A stretch of 64,000 nucleotides of DNA from positions 224,001 through 288,000 of the forward strand of contig CAVYTU010000009.1 of the NCBI GenBank assembly GCA_963771465.1, written 5' to 3'. A model generated the notes under the pieces. That model did no database searches. It worked only from the letters and a program-made list of their open reading frames with translations, and was not told the DNA's origin. This DNA comes from an uncultured delta proteobacterium (lineage in GTDB: Bacteria; Desulfobacterota; Binatia; UBA9968). Below, piece by piece: positions 19,586-33,266 of the stretch (the stretch's first letter is position 1; each line of letters begins with the position of its first letter). Made by a program: the position numbers and the translations under genes.

Positions 19586-20569
19586 TTGTTCTTCTTGTTC
19601 ATTTTATCGTTCGGCGCAGCGCAAACACTGTGGGCCGCCGCGCCGCTGGAAAAACTCACCATCGGCTGGAGCGCCATCGCCGGTTCGCAAGCACCGTTTT
19701 GGATCACCAAGGAAGCCGGCTTATTCGAGAAGAACGGCCTCGACGTCATCATGATCTACCTCGACGGCGGTTCTCGGGCGACTCAAGCGATGATGTCCGG
19801 CGATATGCCGATCGCCCAGGTCGGCGGCAATGCGCCGGTGGTCGCCAAGCTGCGCGGCGCCGATATCACACTTATTGCTGGACTGCTCAATGTTCTTGCC
19901 TACAGCATGGTGGTATCACCGGAAATCAAAAAGCCGGAAGATCTACGCGGTAAAAAACTTACCGTTAGCCGCTTCGGCTCCAACTCCGATTATGCGACGC
20001 GCAAGATTTTGCTTAAGTGGGGTTTGCGTCCCGACATAGATGTTGCAGTGCTACAGATTCCCGGCGGCCAGCCGACCCGCCTCGCGGCGATTCAATCGGG
20101 GCAGATTCACGGTATGGTTGCGCAACCGCCAGTGACGAATCTTGCTCGCAAATTCAAGATGAACATCATCGCCGAACCGGAAGACTTTGGCGGCGCCTAC
20201 CCGACCACGCCGGTGGCCGCGCGGATTTCGTTCATCAAGGACAAGCGCGAAACTGTCCGCAAATTTACTCGCGCGCTGTTGGAGGGTATTCACGTTTACA
20301 AGACGCAAAAGGATTTCAGCAAAAAAGTGATCGCCAAGTATGTAAAGACCGACGATAACGACGCTTTGGAAGACAGCTACCAGTTTTTCTCTCGCCTCGT
20401 GCCGCAAAAACCCTATCCCTCGCTTGACGCCATCAAAGAAGCCCTCGCCGAGCTCGGCGAGAAAGATCCCAAGGTGCGTTCAGCCAAGCCCGAAGACTTC
20501 GCCGACATGAGCGTGATCAAAGAGTTCGACGACAACGGGTTTATCGATGGGCTTTATAAGAAGCGCTAA
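19586..20569 (+). CDS. NMT1/THI5-like ABC substrate-binding protein (true start probably ATG 19543, with an indel in an A-run)
   Basis: AGLFEKNGLDV, EDLRGKK and RFGSNSD motifs; signal peptide. Confidence 0.88.
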   Translation: MFFLFILSFGAAQTLWAAAPLEKLTIGWSAIAGSQAPFWITKEAGLFEKNGLDVIMIYLDGGSRATQAMMSGDMPIAQVGGNAPVVAKLRGADITLIAGLLNVLAYSMVVSPEIKKPEDLRGKKLTVSRFGSNSDYATRKILLKWGLRPDIDVAVLQIPGGQPTRLAAIQSGQIHGMVAQPPVTNLARKFKMNIIAEPEDFGGAYPTTPVAARISFIKDKRETVRKFTRALLEGIHVYKTQKDFSKKVIAKYVKTDDNDALEDSYQFFSRLVPQKPYPSLDAIKEALAELGEKDPKVRSAKPEDFADMSVIKEFDDNGFIDGLYKKR

Positions 20570-20916
20570 GAAAACGATTCTGCATCGGCGTCAGATAAGT
20601 ATGCTGTCTGCGAATTGCCGGATTTTTTCCACCACAGAGCCACAGTCGCAAGCCATATCTTATTCCAATCAGCGGTGGTATAGTTACTATACACCGAAGA
20701 TCGTAGCTACCTTCTCGTGCTTCTCGCCTTGGTATTTGACACGCTTCTCCGATGACCCGCAAGCACTGGACGAGCTTGAGTTCAACTTGCCGGGTGGCGT
20801 TTCACTGGAATGTAAAATCCGCTCTGGACGGATTTTAGTCTGGAATCTGGAAATATTGGCGCCAACGAGCTGGAAAGATTCACTTCGCTCTAGTTCCAGC
20901 AGAAATGGAGATTCGA

Positions 20917-21435
20917 ATGACCTTGACTGTTGGCGATAAGGTTGTTTATACGGGCCGGGGTCCCTGTCTTATTGATGCGGTCGTTAACAAAGTCGTTTGT
21001 GGAACGACGGCGAGTTTTTACCGATTAGCCCTATTGGACGATAGCAAAGCCGAGTTGTTCATGCCGGTCGATAAGTCCACCGATCAACATGTGCGGGCAT
21101 TGCTGAACCGGTCTGAGATTCCCAAGCTGTTAGGACTCCTCAAAACCCACGCCGCAGTGACCAAAGATCCTGGAACGGCGAGAAACTGGCGCCAGCGCGA
21201 GTTAGACAGTCTCAAACTATTCAACTCTGGTTCCATATTCGAACTGGCCCAGATGGTCGAGTCACTGACTCAGTTGAGCACCACCAAGAACCTAGCCGCC
21301 CACGACCGGGAGACGCTGTATCGTGCCAGGAAGCTGCTGATATGCGAGATCTCGGAAGTGATGGGCGAAAGTAAAACTGCGGCAGAAGCACGCATTGACC
21401 ACGTGCTCGAACCCGGTAAGAACAAGTCGAACTAG
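20917..21435 (+). CDS. CarD family transcriptional regulator
   Basis: VGDKVVYxGxG N-terminus, NWRQR, and ARKLLICEIS motifs. Confidence 0.85.
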   Translation: MTLTVGDKVVYTGRGPCLIDAVVNKVVCGTTASFYRLALLDDSKAELFMPVDKSTDQHVRALLNRSEIPKLLGLLKTHAAVTKDPGTARNWRQRELDSLKLFNSGSIFELAQMVESLTQLSTTKNLAAHDRETLYRARKLLICEISEVMGESKTAAEARIDHVLEPGKNKSN

Positions 21436-21496
21436 TTCGAAACTGAAATCCACACTCGTTATCGGCCTGAAGCTCAAGAAGATCGAAGCGTAGAAA

Positions 21497-22168
21497 TCAG
21501 ATCACGCCAGCCTTCTCCTCGGTAAAACAGAGCCTTTGGGCTTGCTGCAAACGCTTATCCGTCGGATGGAAAACATCGCCGGAATAGTTCTGACTCTCGA
21601 AGCCTTGCAGAATCTGCACCCAGATACGGCAATCCCAGCCGAGCTTTTTCCAATATCCCAAGCCTATCGAGTCCGCCTCCAGTTCCTTATCCATCGAGTA
21701 GTTACGAAATCTCACATTCCACGGCAGCCCCACATCGACGTTGGATACGCCGTCCCGTAATGTCGTATTGAGAGTAGAAAAGTTAGATCCCGTTTGCTTG
21801 GCATGACCGGCGGTCTCATGGGCAATTTCGTGAGCCAAGGTTTGCCGTAGCAACCAAAGGTAAGACAAATGTCTAGAGGCGAGCTTCGCTAGCTGGTGAC
21901 TAATATATATGCGGCGGTTTCCAAAGGTCATTCCCAGAACGTCTTTGCGGGGGAAATCAGAGAGAAAGATTTGATAGTGCGAAACACCGTACTTGTCGTC
22001 ACTGGCGGCGACAATCTGCGCCGCCTCGTTTCTCACCAGGAGTTCGACTGCGTCATCTGAAACGATGGGGATATGCGCTTGCGTCGAGCACGATGTTAAA
22101 ACCAAATAGAAAACAACCATTCCGTATAAACAACGGCTGCCTCGCGTCAGCAAGTGTAATTCGACCAT
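21497..22168 (-). CDS. M48 family metalloprotease (putative lipoprotein)
   Basis: LAHEIAH, ELEAD and HP motifs; LTSC lipobox-like sequence. Confidence 0.8.
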   Translation of the reverse strand: MVELHLLTRGSRCLYGMVVFYLVLTSCSTQAHIPIVSDDAVELLVRNEAAQIVAASDDKYGVSHYQIFLSDFPRKDVLGMTFGNRRIYISHQLAKLASRHLSYLWLLRQTLAHEIAHETAGHAKQTGSNFSTLNTTLRDGVSNVDVGLPWNVRFRNYSMDKELEADSIGLGYWKKLGWDCRIWVQILQGFESQNYSGDVFHPTDKRLQQAQRLCFTEEKAGVI

Positions 22169-22353
22169 CCGGATATGCCTTCACTTCCGTCAAACATTAA
22201 ACTCACGCAAGTTACCACACCCAATCTGGGATCAACAACAGACATTACCGGGTTCGTTAACTACAAAGCCGCCCCGCAAGTCTAGCACGGTCATTATTTC
22301 GCGGGCGTTGTGTCTTTTGATAAATGGGCGTAGGGAAGGAACGAGGCGTGACG

Positions 22354-23301
22354 ATGAAAAAAAACAATTTCTCCAAGTGCGCCTCGCGATCGGGCGCTTT
22401 CCTCCGGACTATCGGGCTAGCTGCCGGCTTGGCAGCGCTCTGTACAGGCGCTACCGACACGGCATACAGCCAAACCAACGCCAATCCGATGAGACCCATC
22501 CCGATCCCCGCCCAGGCTCCGGCTAAGGACGGCATGGCGCAGATTCCCGACACCCGTCTCTGGTACTGGGACACGGGCGGCCAAGGCGTGCCGATCGTGC
22601 TTCTTCATCCGGCAACCGGCAGCGCGCTGATCTGGGGTTACCAGCAGCCGGTGTTCGCCAATGCCGGCTACCGCGTCATCGCCTATTCGCGACGCGGCTA
22701 CTACAACTCCGCGCCCTTCGACAAGAACAATCCTGGCATTGGCTCCGAGGACCTTCGCCATCTCGCCGATGTTCTGGGCCTTAAGCGATTTCATGTGTTG
22801 GCATCGGCAGCCGGCGGCAGCATCGCTTCAGACTTCGCGTTCTCCTACCAGGACCGGCTCCTGAGCCTAACCATTTCCAGCAATTCCTTCGGCGTGCGCG
22901 AGGGCGAGATCGCGAAGGTCGCGGCCTCCATTCGCCCCAAGGGCTTTGATGAATTGCCGGCCGAATTTCGCGAGATCGGTCCATCATATCGAGCAGCCAA
23001 CCCCGAAGGCGTCAAGGCCTGGATCGAGCTCGAGCACAAGGCGCTGATCGGCCCCCGAGTTTCGCAAGCACTCAAAAATCAGATCACGCAGGCGAAGCTC
23101 AAGGAACTCAAGCTGCCGACGCTGTTGATTGCCGGCGCTGCGGACCTGTATACGCCGCCCTCGATCTCGCGGATGCTCGCTGCCGAGATTCCAAACAGCC
23201 GGGTAGTGCTGATACCCGAGTCCGGGCATTCGATCTACTGGGAGCAGCCGGAGCTCTTCAATCGCGCCGTGCTCGACTTCATCGGTGGGCAGTCGAAATA
23301 G
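22354..23301 (+). CDS. Secreted alpha/beta hydrolase
   Basis: YWDTGG, ASAAGG at the nucleophile elbow (non-canonical) and GHSIYWEQP motifs. Confidence 0.85.
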   Translation: MKKNNFSKCASRSGAFLRTIGLAAGLAALCTGATDTAYSQTNANPMRPIPIPAQAPAKDGMAQIPDTRLWYWDTGGQGVPIVLLHPATGSALIWGYQQPVFANAGYRVIAYSRRGYYNSAPFDKNNPGIGSEDLRHLADVLGLKRFHVLASAAGGSIASDFAFSYQDRLLSLTISSNSFGVREGEIAKVAASIRPKGFDELPAEFREIGPSYRAANPEGVKAWIELEHKALIGPRVSQALKNQITQAKLKELKLPTLLIAGAADLYTPPSISRMLAAEIPNSRVVLIPESGHSIYWEQPELFNRAVLDFIGGQSK

Positions 23302-23336
23302 CCGAAGGAGCAACAGAGGTCAAGTCCAGCAATCCT

Positions 23337-23368
23337 CTGGATTCCCGCCAAAAGCATGCGGGAATGAC
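23337..23368. repeat. REP-like palindrome (GGATTCCCGC...GCGGGAATGAC family)
   Basis: CTGGATTCCCGCCAAAAGCATGCGGGAATGAC; same family as the insertion in dnaE2. Confidence 0.75.
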
Positions 23369-23470
23369 GCTTCGGTGAGAAATTTCATTCCACGCGGTAA
23401 GCTTCGGAAATCCCACCTAGCGAGATTGGAGATATCTTGCTACGAATAAAAAGATCCCGCGATAAGTACC

Positions 23471-24538
23471 ATGCCAGCTATCGAGAGCATCGAAGTCTTG
23501 GTGATTCAGCAAGTGCCCGACCAGGTGCTCGACCGAATTGCCAACGTCGATCAGCGCATCAAGGTTATCGATGCCAGAGGATGGTTTGACGTCGAGCTGC
23601 GCGCTACTTGGCCGCAATGGACCGTCGATCGTTATCTTGGCTCCCGTAAATATCCTGCCACCAGCGGTTACCAGCGAAACCAAGCGCTGGCGTCAGCCGA
23701 GATCATCCTCGTCGGCTGGCCTCCGGTAAAAGACATCTGCGCTCGCGCGCCTCGACTGAAATGGGTCCACGAGCTGCCGGCGGGAGCGAGCAATTTTCTC
23801 GATACCGATCTGTGGAGCTCGGATGTTATCGTAACTACTTCCCGCGGGCTGACGAATAGGCGCCCGATGGCCGAGTATGTGTTGGCGAGCTTCCTCCACT
23901 TTGCTCGCGGGCTTCACTTGAGTTACCGCGACCAACGGCGCCACCGCTTCGATCATCACACTTACGATCCGATAATTATTCGGGACAAGACTGTATGCGT
24001 TATCGGCGCCGGCGGCATTGGCCAGGAAGTCGCTAAGCTTTGTGGCGCGGCGGGCATGCGCGTGGTCGGTACGCGCCGGGACGTTGTTCCGGGTGCCGCA
24101 CAACCATCAAGCTTTACGCGCATAGAATCCTCCCACGCCTTGAATGATCTGCTCCGCGAGAGTGAATTCGTCGCCGTTTGTTGTCCGTGGACAAAAGAGA
24201 CCACGCGCCTTATCAGCAGAGACGCTTTTAACGCGATGAAACCGGGGACGGTTTTAGTCAACATCGCGCGCGGTGAGATCGTCGATGAAGAAGCTTTGAT
24301 CGTCGCGCTGAAGGAGGGCAAACTGCGCGGCTTCGCAACCGACGTCTACGATGGTGAATTCGATCGTCCGCCAGATCCGCGCCTGTGGGACGATGAACGA
24401 GTCGTCATAACACCCCATATCTCCGCGGTTACAGACGTTTCGGAGCATCAAGGGATAAATTTATTCTGCGACAACTTGCGTCGCTATCTTGAAGGCCAAC
24501 CGCTAGCAAACGTCATCGACTGGCAACGTGGCTATTGA
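23471..24538 (+). CDS. D-2-hydroxyacid dehydrogenase
   Basis: GAGGIG, NIARG and ITPHIS motifs. Confidence 0.92.
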   Translation: MPAIESIEVLVIQQVPDQVLDRIANVDQRIKVIDARGWFDVELRATWPQWTVDRYLGSRKYPATSGYQRNQALASAEIILVGWPPVKDICARAPRLKWVHELPAGASNFLDTDLWSSDVIVTTSRGLTNRRPMAEYVLASFLHFARGLHLSYRDQRRHRFDHHTYDPIIIRDKTVCVIGAGGIGQEVAKLCGAAGMRVVGTRRDVVPGAAQPSSFTRIESSHALNDLLRESEFVAVCCPWTKETTRLISRDAFNAMKPGTVLVNIARGEIVDEEALIVALKEGKLRGFATDVYDGEFDRPPDPRLWDDERVVITPHISAVTDVSEHQGINLFCDNLRRYLEGQPLANVIDWQRGY

Positions 24539-24566
24539 AATTGGCTGGCGACCACGATTCATCTGC

Positions 24567-24643
24567 TTCACCGCGCCGGCAGAGAAAGGCAGAGGGAAAC
24601 ATCCAGCAGAACGACTCTGAAAATTCTGCGCCTCTGCGGTGAA
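24567..24643. repeat. REP-like inverted repeat (TTCACCGC...GCGGTGAA family) between convergent genes
   Basis: TTCACCGC...GCAGAG / CTGCGCCTCTGCGGTGAA; related to 27792-27862. Confidence 0.65.
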
Positions 24644-24648
24644 AAATC

Positions 24649-25396
24649 TTAACCGACGAAATGAAACCCGCCGTCGACGTTCAATAGTTGCCCCGTCATA
24701 AAATCGCTTTCGCTCGACGACAGAAAGAGTACCGTACCGACCAGATCATCTTCTACTTGTGAGCGCTTGATGCTGCGTTGTTGGGCGCGAACTTTTTCGT
24801 ACTCGGGGTCGACTTGGCGGCCTTCGGTAACGACGAAGCCGGGGCTCACCGTGTTGACGCAGATATTCCAATCGCCCAGTTCCCGAGCCATGGCGCGCGT
24901 CATTGCGATCAACGCGCCTTTCGATGTGACGTAGTGAATATAGTTCGGGTTGCCGGTGAGCGCGACGTTGGATGAGATGTTGATGATCTTGCCGCTATTT
25001 TGCTTTTGCATGTGCGGCGCGACGGCTTTGGCGCAGAGCCAGGAGCCGCGCACGTTGACCGCCATCGCCTTGTCGAATTCCTCGACGGTCATTTCCCAGA
25101 ACGGCCCCTTCCACACCGACATAAAATACGCCGCGTTGTTGATGAGAATATCGACGGTGCCGAACTGTTTTACCGTTTCGCTCACCATCGCCTTGACACT
25201 CTCTTCATTCGACACGTCACAGGCCATGCTGATCGCCGTGCCGCCCATGTCTTGAATCGCGCTTGACGACATGATCGGCGCTGGCGATATCCGGCAGTGC
25301 GACTTTCGCACCCTCTTTGGCGAACCCCATCGCGTACGCCTTGCCGATCTTACCGCCGCCTCCCGTGATGATGACCGACTTGCCCGCGAAGCGCAT
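24649..25396 (-). pseudogene. SDR family oxidoreductase with frameshifts near the 5' end
   Basis: MRFAGKSVIITGGGGKIG (from 25396) is out of frame with NNAA...YVTSKG...NVDGG. Confidence 0.85.
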
Positions 25397-25425
25397 AAAG
25401 TTCTCCTTTACTTTAGTTCAAGCGT

Positions 25426-25501
25426 CACTTAACACCCGCTCCTAGGGGTGTCAACGAAATCACCCGATTGATTGACACTACAACCACCGACCTTTTATGA
25501 T
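25426..25501. promoter_or_regulatory. Back-to-back divergent sigma70 promoters
   Basis: Plus strand: TTGACA (25472-77), 18 bp, TATGAT (25496-501). Minus strand: TTGACA (25454-49), 17 bp, TAAGTG preceded by TG. Confidence 0.6.
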
Positions 25502-25563
25502 CACGATTGGCGACGACGCTTTACCGAGCGCGTTTGCGGCAAGAAATAAACGGAGAACATTCC

Positions 25564-26523
25564 ATGGCCAAACTGAAACTCACCATCGCTTTCGACAAAT
25601 ACGACTATCTTCAACCATTACGTGACGGCCAGATCGAAGTCGAAGGCATCGATCTTAACTTCATCACGGTTGAAAGCGGCATTCGCCATGAGCGTATGTT
25701 TCACTACGGCGAATACGACGCCTGCGAGTTCTCCATGTCGTCTTATCTGGTCGCTCGCGGCCAAGACATCGACTGGCTGCAAGCGATCCCTTTTTTTCCG
25801 CGCCGCATGTGGGGCCACAAGTTTTGCTTCATCCAGGCAAACTCCGGTGTGAAAAAACCTGCCGAGTTGAAAGGTGGACGGATCGGTCTGCGCAGTTATG
25901 AGAATACGCTGGCGCTGGTCACCAAAGGCATGTTGATGAACAGCTACGATCTCGGCGTCGGCGACGTCACCTGGGTGATCGTCAACAAGGAACATGTCGG
26001 CTTCAAATTGCCGCCGCATATCAAAGTCGAGTTCGTCGAAGGCAAGCGCAAGCTCGAAGAGCTGTTGGTCGAAGGTAAAGTCGACGCCGAAGTCGAGCCC
26101 GACTTGCCGCAGCGCTGGATTCGCGGCGACGGCACGCTCGAACGATTGTTTCCGGCATTCGAGAACGAAGAGCGCGCATACTACAAGAAGACGGGAATCT
26201 TTCCGATCATGCACCCGGTGGTCATCAAGAAAGAGATTCTCGACCGCGATCCCTGGGTGGCGACCAGTTTATACGAAGCCCTGCTGGCGTCGCGCAATGC
26301 TTACAACGAGTTTATGGAGCAACCGCATCGTTTGAGCTTTGCCTGGGGTCGTTCGTATTTGGAGGAGGAAAGAAAGTTTTTCGGCAAGGATCCGTTTTAT
26401 CAAGGCTTGAAAGAAAACTATAACGATGTGGAGAACTTGATCAAATTTGCCGGCCAGCAAGGCATGCTCGGGCGAAATTTAGGGGTCGAAGAATTATTTA
26501 CGGAAAATACGAGGAACACCTAG
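25564..26523 (+). CDS. 4,5-dihydroxyphthalate decarboxylase-like (periplasmic binding fold) protein
   Basis: YDYLQPLRDG, EFSMSSY, AIPFFPRR and TGIFPIMH motifs. Confidence 0.8.
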   Translation: MAKLKLTIAFDKYDYLQPLRDGQIEVEGIDLNFITVESGIRHERMFHYGEYDACEFSMSSYLVARGQDIDWLQAIPFFPRRMWGHKFCFIQANSGVKKPAELKGGRIGLRSYENTLALVTKGMLMNSYDLGVGDVTWVIVNKEHVGFKLPPHIKVEFVEGKRKLEELLVEGKVDAEVEPDLPQRWIRGDGTLERLFPAFENEERAYYKKTGIFPIMHPVVIKKEILDRDPWVATSLYEALLASRNAYNEFMEQPHRLSFAWGRSYLEEERKFFGKDPFYQGLKENYNDVENLIKFAGQQGMLGRNLGVEELFTENTRNT

Positions 26524-26547
26524 CCGCCGATGACATCGGATTCAGTC

Positions 26548-26622
26548 TGTCATTTCGAGCGCTGCGAGAAATCTTGCGTTACAGAGGAAAGATTTCTCGT
26601 CGCGTCGCTCCTCGAAATGATA
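26548..26622. repeat. REP-like palindrome (TCATTTCGAG...CTCGAAATGA family)
   Basis: TGTCATTTCGAGCGCTGCGAGAAATCTT...AAGATTTCTCG...CTCGAAATGATA. Confidence 0.8.
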
Positions 26623-26677
26623 CCCGTGCGTTTTAATATTCGTTTGAATTGAACGATAAAGACCGGAGGGAAAGATT

Positions 26678-27772
26678 ATGGCTGACTACCGAATCATCGA
26701 CGCCGACGGGCATGTGATGGAGCTGGACTCAGAGCTGCGTGAGTTTATTGGCGCGCCGTATAATGACTTGGAGTGGCACCAAAGCTATTCATTTTGGCCG
26801 GGCCTGACGATGGACGGTTTTCTTCGTTCGCTGCGTAAGAAAGGCGGCTGGGCTGGCGGCGGCACCGGGCCGAATGCCCAAGATTGGCTACGTTTTCTCG
26901 ACATCAACAAGATCGAGCTGACCGTGCTGTACCCGACTCAGGGCCTGACCCACGGCGCGATTCAAGACCACGACTGGGCGATCTGCATGGCCAAAGCTTA
27001 CAACGACTGGCTCTACAACAAGTTCATGGCGGTGAGCCGGCGTTTGGTCGGCGTTGCGCTACTGCCGATCCAAGACATCGGCGAAGCGGTCAAGGAACTG
27101 CGCCGCGCGGTGACCGAGTTGGGCATGGTCGGCGCCGTGCTTCCCGCGGTTGCACCGGCGGGACGGCTCTACAGCGGACCAGAGTTTTATCCGCTATGGG
27201 AAGAAGCACAGCGGCTCGACGTACCGGTTTCGACTCACGGCGGTTTAAGCATGCCGTCGCTCGGCCTCGATATGGTGAACAATTTCACCATCGGCCACAC
27301 GCTTGAACATCCCTTCGCGCAAATTCGCCAGTTCACGGCGTTGATGTTCGAAGGGGTTTTTGAATTGTTCCCCAATTTCAAATTCGGCTGCATCGAGTGC
27401 GGCGTCGGCTGGGTGCCTTACATGATGGACCGCATGGACGAAGAACAAGAGCGCAAAGGCCATTATTCGCCGCGCTGCAAATTGAAACCCAGCGAGTACG
27501 TCAAGAAAGGCAACATCTATTTCGCGGTCGAAGTCGAAGAGTCGGCGCTGCCGCTCGCCGCTCAAGTAGGGAATGACAATTCGCTCATCTGGGCCTCCGA
27601 CTACCCGCACGAACGCGACCAACGCGACTTCAGCCACGACATTCCGAACTTGATCAATCGCAAAGATATCAGCGATGAATTAAAGCGTAAGATCTTCTGG
27701 GACAACCCACTGCGTTTCTATCCGCGACTGAAAGCGCGAGTAGAGAAGGACGAAACTAAAGCTGTCGCTTAG
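26678..27772 (+). CDS. Amidohydrolase family protein
   Basis: IDADGH, ECGVGW and WASDYPH motifs. Confidence 0.9.
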   Translation: MADYRIIDADGHVMELDSELREFIGAPYNDLEWHQSYSFWPGLTMDGFLRSLRKKGGWAGGGTGPNAQDWLRFLDINKIELTVLYPTQGLTHGAIQDHDWAICMAKAYNDWLYNKFMAVSRRLVGVALLPIQDIGEAVKELRRAVTELGMVGAVLPAVAPAGRLYSGPEFYPLWEEAQRLDVPVSTHGGLSMPSLGLDMVNNFTIGHTLEHPFAQIRQFTALMFEGVFELFPNFKFGCIECGVGWVPYMMDRMDEEQERKGHYSPRCKLKPSEYVKKGNIYFAVEVEESALPLAAQVGNDNSLIWASDYPHERDQRDFSHDIPNLINRKDISDELKRKIFWDNPLRFYPRLKARVEKDETKAVA

Positions 27773-27791
27773 TCAAAAACTTCGAATACTG

Positions 27792-27862
27792 CACCACAGA
27801 GGCACAGAGTTCGCGGAAAGGATTATCTATTTCTTCTCTGCATCCTCTGTGTCTCTGCCGTG
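27792..27862. repeat. REP-like inverted repeat between convergent genes
   Basis: CACCACAGAGGCACAGAG ... CTCTGTGTCTCTGCCGTG. Confidence 0.7.
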
Positions 27863-27870
27863 TAGTTCTT

Positions 27871-31086
<3,216 letters not shown>

Positions 31087-31130
31087 AAATAGAGCAGATC
31101 TCAGATAGAGAGTGAGATAAGAAGAGACGA

Positions 31131-31730
31131 TTACTTAGGCAACAAAGGATGTAACTGCCGATCGTGTAGTTTTGCCAAAAGCGCCAGCGCCAGCAGCGCA
31201 CCTAGCAGCGCCAGCGCCATATCCGATTGGGTATCCCACATATAGCCTTGGGTGCCGAGAAAACTTTCGGCGGAGTCACCGGTCGCCACGGCGACGGCCC
31301 ATTCGAATAGTTCGTACAACGCGCTAAAGGCGAGACAAATCGAAACGACAAACAGATTCAACCAGCTCCGGCCGTTGACCACTTGATGGCGAACCAAGAT
31401 CTCACGGGCGATGATCGCCGGAACAAACCCCTGGGTGAAGTGGCCGAGCTTGTCGTAGTTGTTTCGTTGCCAGCCGAAGAAACTGCGGACGAATTTAAAC
31501 GTATCGACCTCGGCGTAGGTATAATGCGCGCCGAGAAAAAGAATCAGGCAATGACCAAGTATCAAGGTATAAGCGAGCGGCGTTAGCGGGAAGCGCTTGT
31601 AAGTTGCGGCGAGAATGACGAGAGCGATCAGCGCCGGCACCGCTTCGAGAAACCAAGTAAAGTAATCCCGTGGATTGACAGCCGACCAAACAAGAGCGCT
31701 GAAATAAACGGTCAGCCAAAGAAACTTCAT
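31131..31730 (-). CDS. DUF2238 (YjdF-like) inner membrane protein
   Basis: [17 protein letters not shown] and [15 protein letters not shown] motifs. Confidence 0.9.
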   Translation of the reverse strand: MKFLWLTVYFSALVWSAVNPRDYFTWFLEAVPALIALVILAATYKRFPLTPLAYTLILGHCLILFLGAHYTYAEVDTFKFVRSFFGWQRNNYDKLGHFTQGFVPAIIAREILVRHQVVNGRSWLNLFVVSICLAFSALYELFEWAVAVATGDSAESFLGTQGYMWDTQSDMALALLGALLALALLAKLHDRQLHPLLPK

Positions 31731-31742
31731 TTCACCCGGCCG

Positions 31743-32363
31743 TTAACCATGTTCTTTGACAATCGCTTGCCGGCGGAAACAGTTCACCGCATGATCGTTG
31801 ACCATGCCGGTTGCTTGCATATGCGCGTAAATAATCGTCGAGCCGACGAACTTAAAGCCGCGCTGCTTTAAGTCCTTGCTCAAAGCATCGGACTCACGGC
31901 TGGTCGCCGGATAATTTTTCAGCGATTTGAGACGATTGACGATCGGTTTGCCGTCGACGAAACGCCAAATGTATTTGTCGAAGCTGCCGAACTCTGCCTG
32001 CACCTGTAAAAACTTCCCGGCGTTGATTACCGCGGCGTTGATTTTCAAGCGATTGCGAATGATGCCCGGATTGCTGAGCAACGCTTCGATCTGTTTCTTG
32101 CCGTAGCGCGCAACTTTCTCCGGATCGAAATCGGCGAAGGCTTGGCGATACGACTGGCGTTTACGCAGCACGGTGTACCAGCTCAGTCCCGCTTGCGCCG
32201 CCTCCAGGGTCAAAAATTCAAAGATCGTCCGGTCGTCGTGCACCGGCACGCCCCACTCTTTATCGTGATACTCGACGTAATCCGGCTTGGTCAGATCGAC
32301 CCAGGGACAACGGTTTTTGTCGTTAAATCTTTTCATGATCAATCGAGCTTTCGTCGTCTGCAT
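31743..32363 (-). CDS. tag: DNA-3-methyladenine glycosylase I
   Basis: RCPW, YHDKEWG, QAGLSW, IIRNRLKI and NDH..C motifs. Confidence 0.95.
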   Translation of the reverse strand: MQTTKARLIMKRFNDKNRCPWVDLTKPDYVEYHDKEWGVPVHDDRTIFEFLTLEAAQAGLSWYTVLRKRQSYRQAFADFDPEKVARYGKKQIEALLSNPGIIRNRLKINAAVINAGKFLQVQAEFGSFDKYIWRFVDGKPIVNRLKSLKNYPATSRESDALSKDLKQRGFKFVGSTIIYAHMQATGMVNDHAVNCFRRQAIVKEHG

Positions 32364-32391
32364 ACAGCCGTCTACCCAATGCCAAAGGATG

Positions 32392-32745
32392 TCACCAAGA
32401 GCGCAAGCCGTAGACGACCGTCAGCATTCCCAGCACCGCTCCAAGAATGCCACCGCCGAATGCTACCAGTGCTTGTACGCTCTGTCCCCATCGAAACAAA
32501 TGGCTGACGTGCAAGAGCAATGTAGTTAACAACAAGGTTAAACCGCCGAAGCCGCAGAAGAACAGCACGAGCCGCACCGTATTAGGAACTGCGTAAATAG
32601 CGGCAGCCACAAACGCAAGGGAAAGTAGTAGAGATAAAGCGGCGATGAAACCGAGCCAAAGTCTGCGCGGGCCGCCAAGCGTCAACAACCTGACTGCCAG
32701 TGGCGCGTAAATAAAAATTACTAGGATAACGATTAGAAATAACAT
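32392..32745 (-). CDS. Hypothetical membrane protein (4 TM)
   Basis: Hydrophobic ORF packed within the co-oriented run. Confidence 0.65.
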   Translation of the reverse strand: MLFLIVILVIFIYAPLAVRLLTLGGPRRLWLGFIAALSLLLSLAFVAAAIYAVPNTVRLVLFFCGFGGLTLLLTTLLLHVSHLFRWGQSVQALVAFGGGILGAVLGMLTVVYGLRSW

Positions 32746-32754
32746 CGCCGTATA

Positions 32755-33264
32755 CTAGATCTTCTTTGGAAACCGTCGGTATAGCCGCACGATCCACCAA
32801 ATCAGTGCCAAGGCAAAACCAAAAAGAACGGCCGAAAAGGTCGGCCCTGGCAGCGTCGGCGGCCGCATGTGATTGGCTTTCAGAATAACATAGTGCATGC
32901 CGAGCATCATCATGACGATCAAGCAACCAAGGCGCTTGCCATGGGCGTTCAAGTAGCTCAACGACTCGTCGCGCCGCTCCGCTGAGAGCCAGTAGTCGCG
33001 GTTGGGCACGTTGGTCCATTGGGGAAACTTACGCGGCAAGGTGCCGATGACGAAACTGACAAAGGCCGAGATGCCGATCATGAAGCTGAGGATAAAAAAC
33101 AAGTAACCGTCGCGGCTCATCCAACCGTTGGCTTGGTTATCGGCGCCGAAGTGGGTCGCGAGCGTGTCGGGTAGATAGCGTGTGGTGTAAATCACAAACA
33201 CGGCGGCAAAAACCGTTAGACATAGCAACGTAACTAGCGCGCCCGCCGAGTTGTCTCTTTGCAC
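32755..33264 (-). CDS. DUF1648-like membrane protein
   Basis: LPDTLATHFGADNQANGW and NVPNRDYW motifs; GTG start assumed. Confidence 0.75.
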   Translation of the reverse strand: MQRDNSAGALVTLLCLTVFAAVFVIYTTRYLPDTLATHFGADNQANGWMSRDGYLFFILSFMIGISAFVSFVIGTLPRKFPQWTNVPNRDYWLSAERRDESLSYLNAHGKRLGCLIVMMMLGMHYVILKANHMRPPTLPGPTFSAVLFGFALALIWWIVRLYRRFPKKI

Positions 33265-33266
33265 GG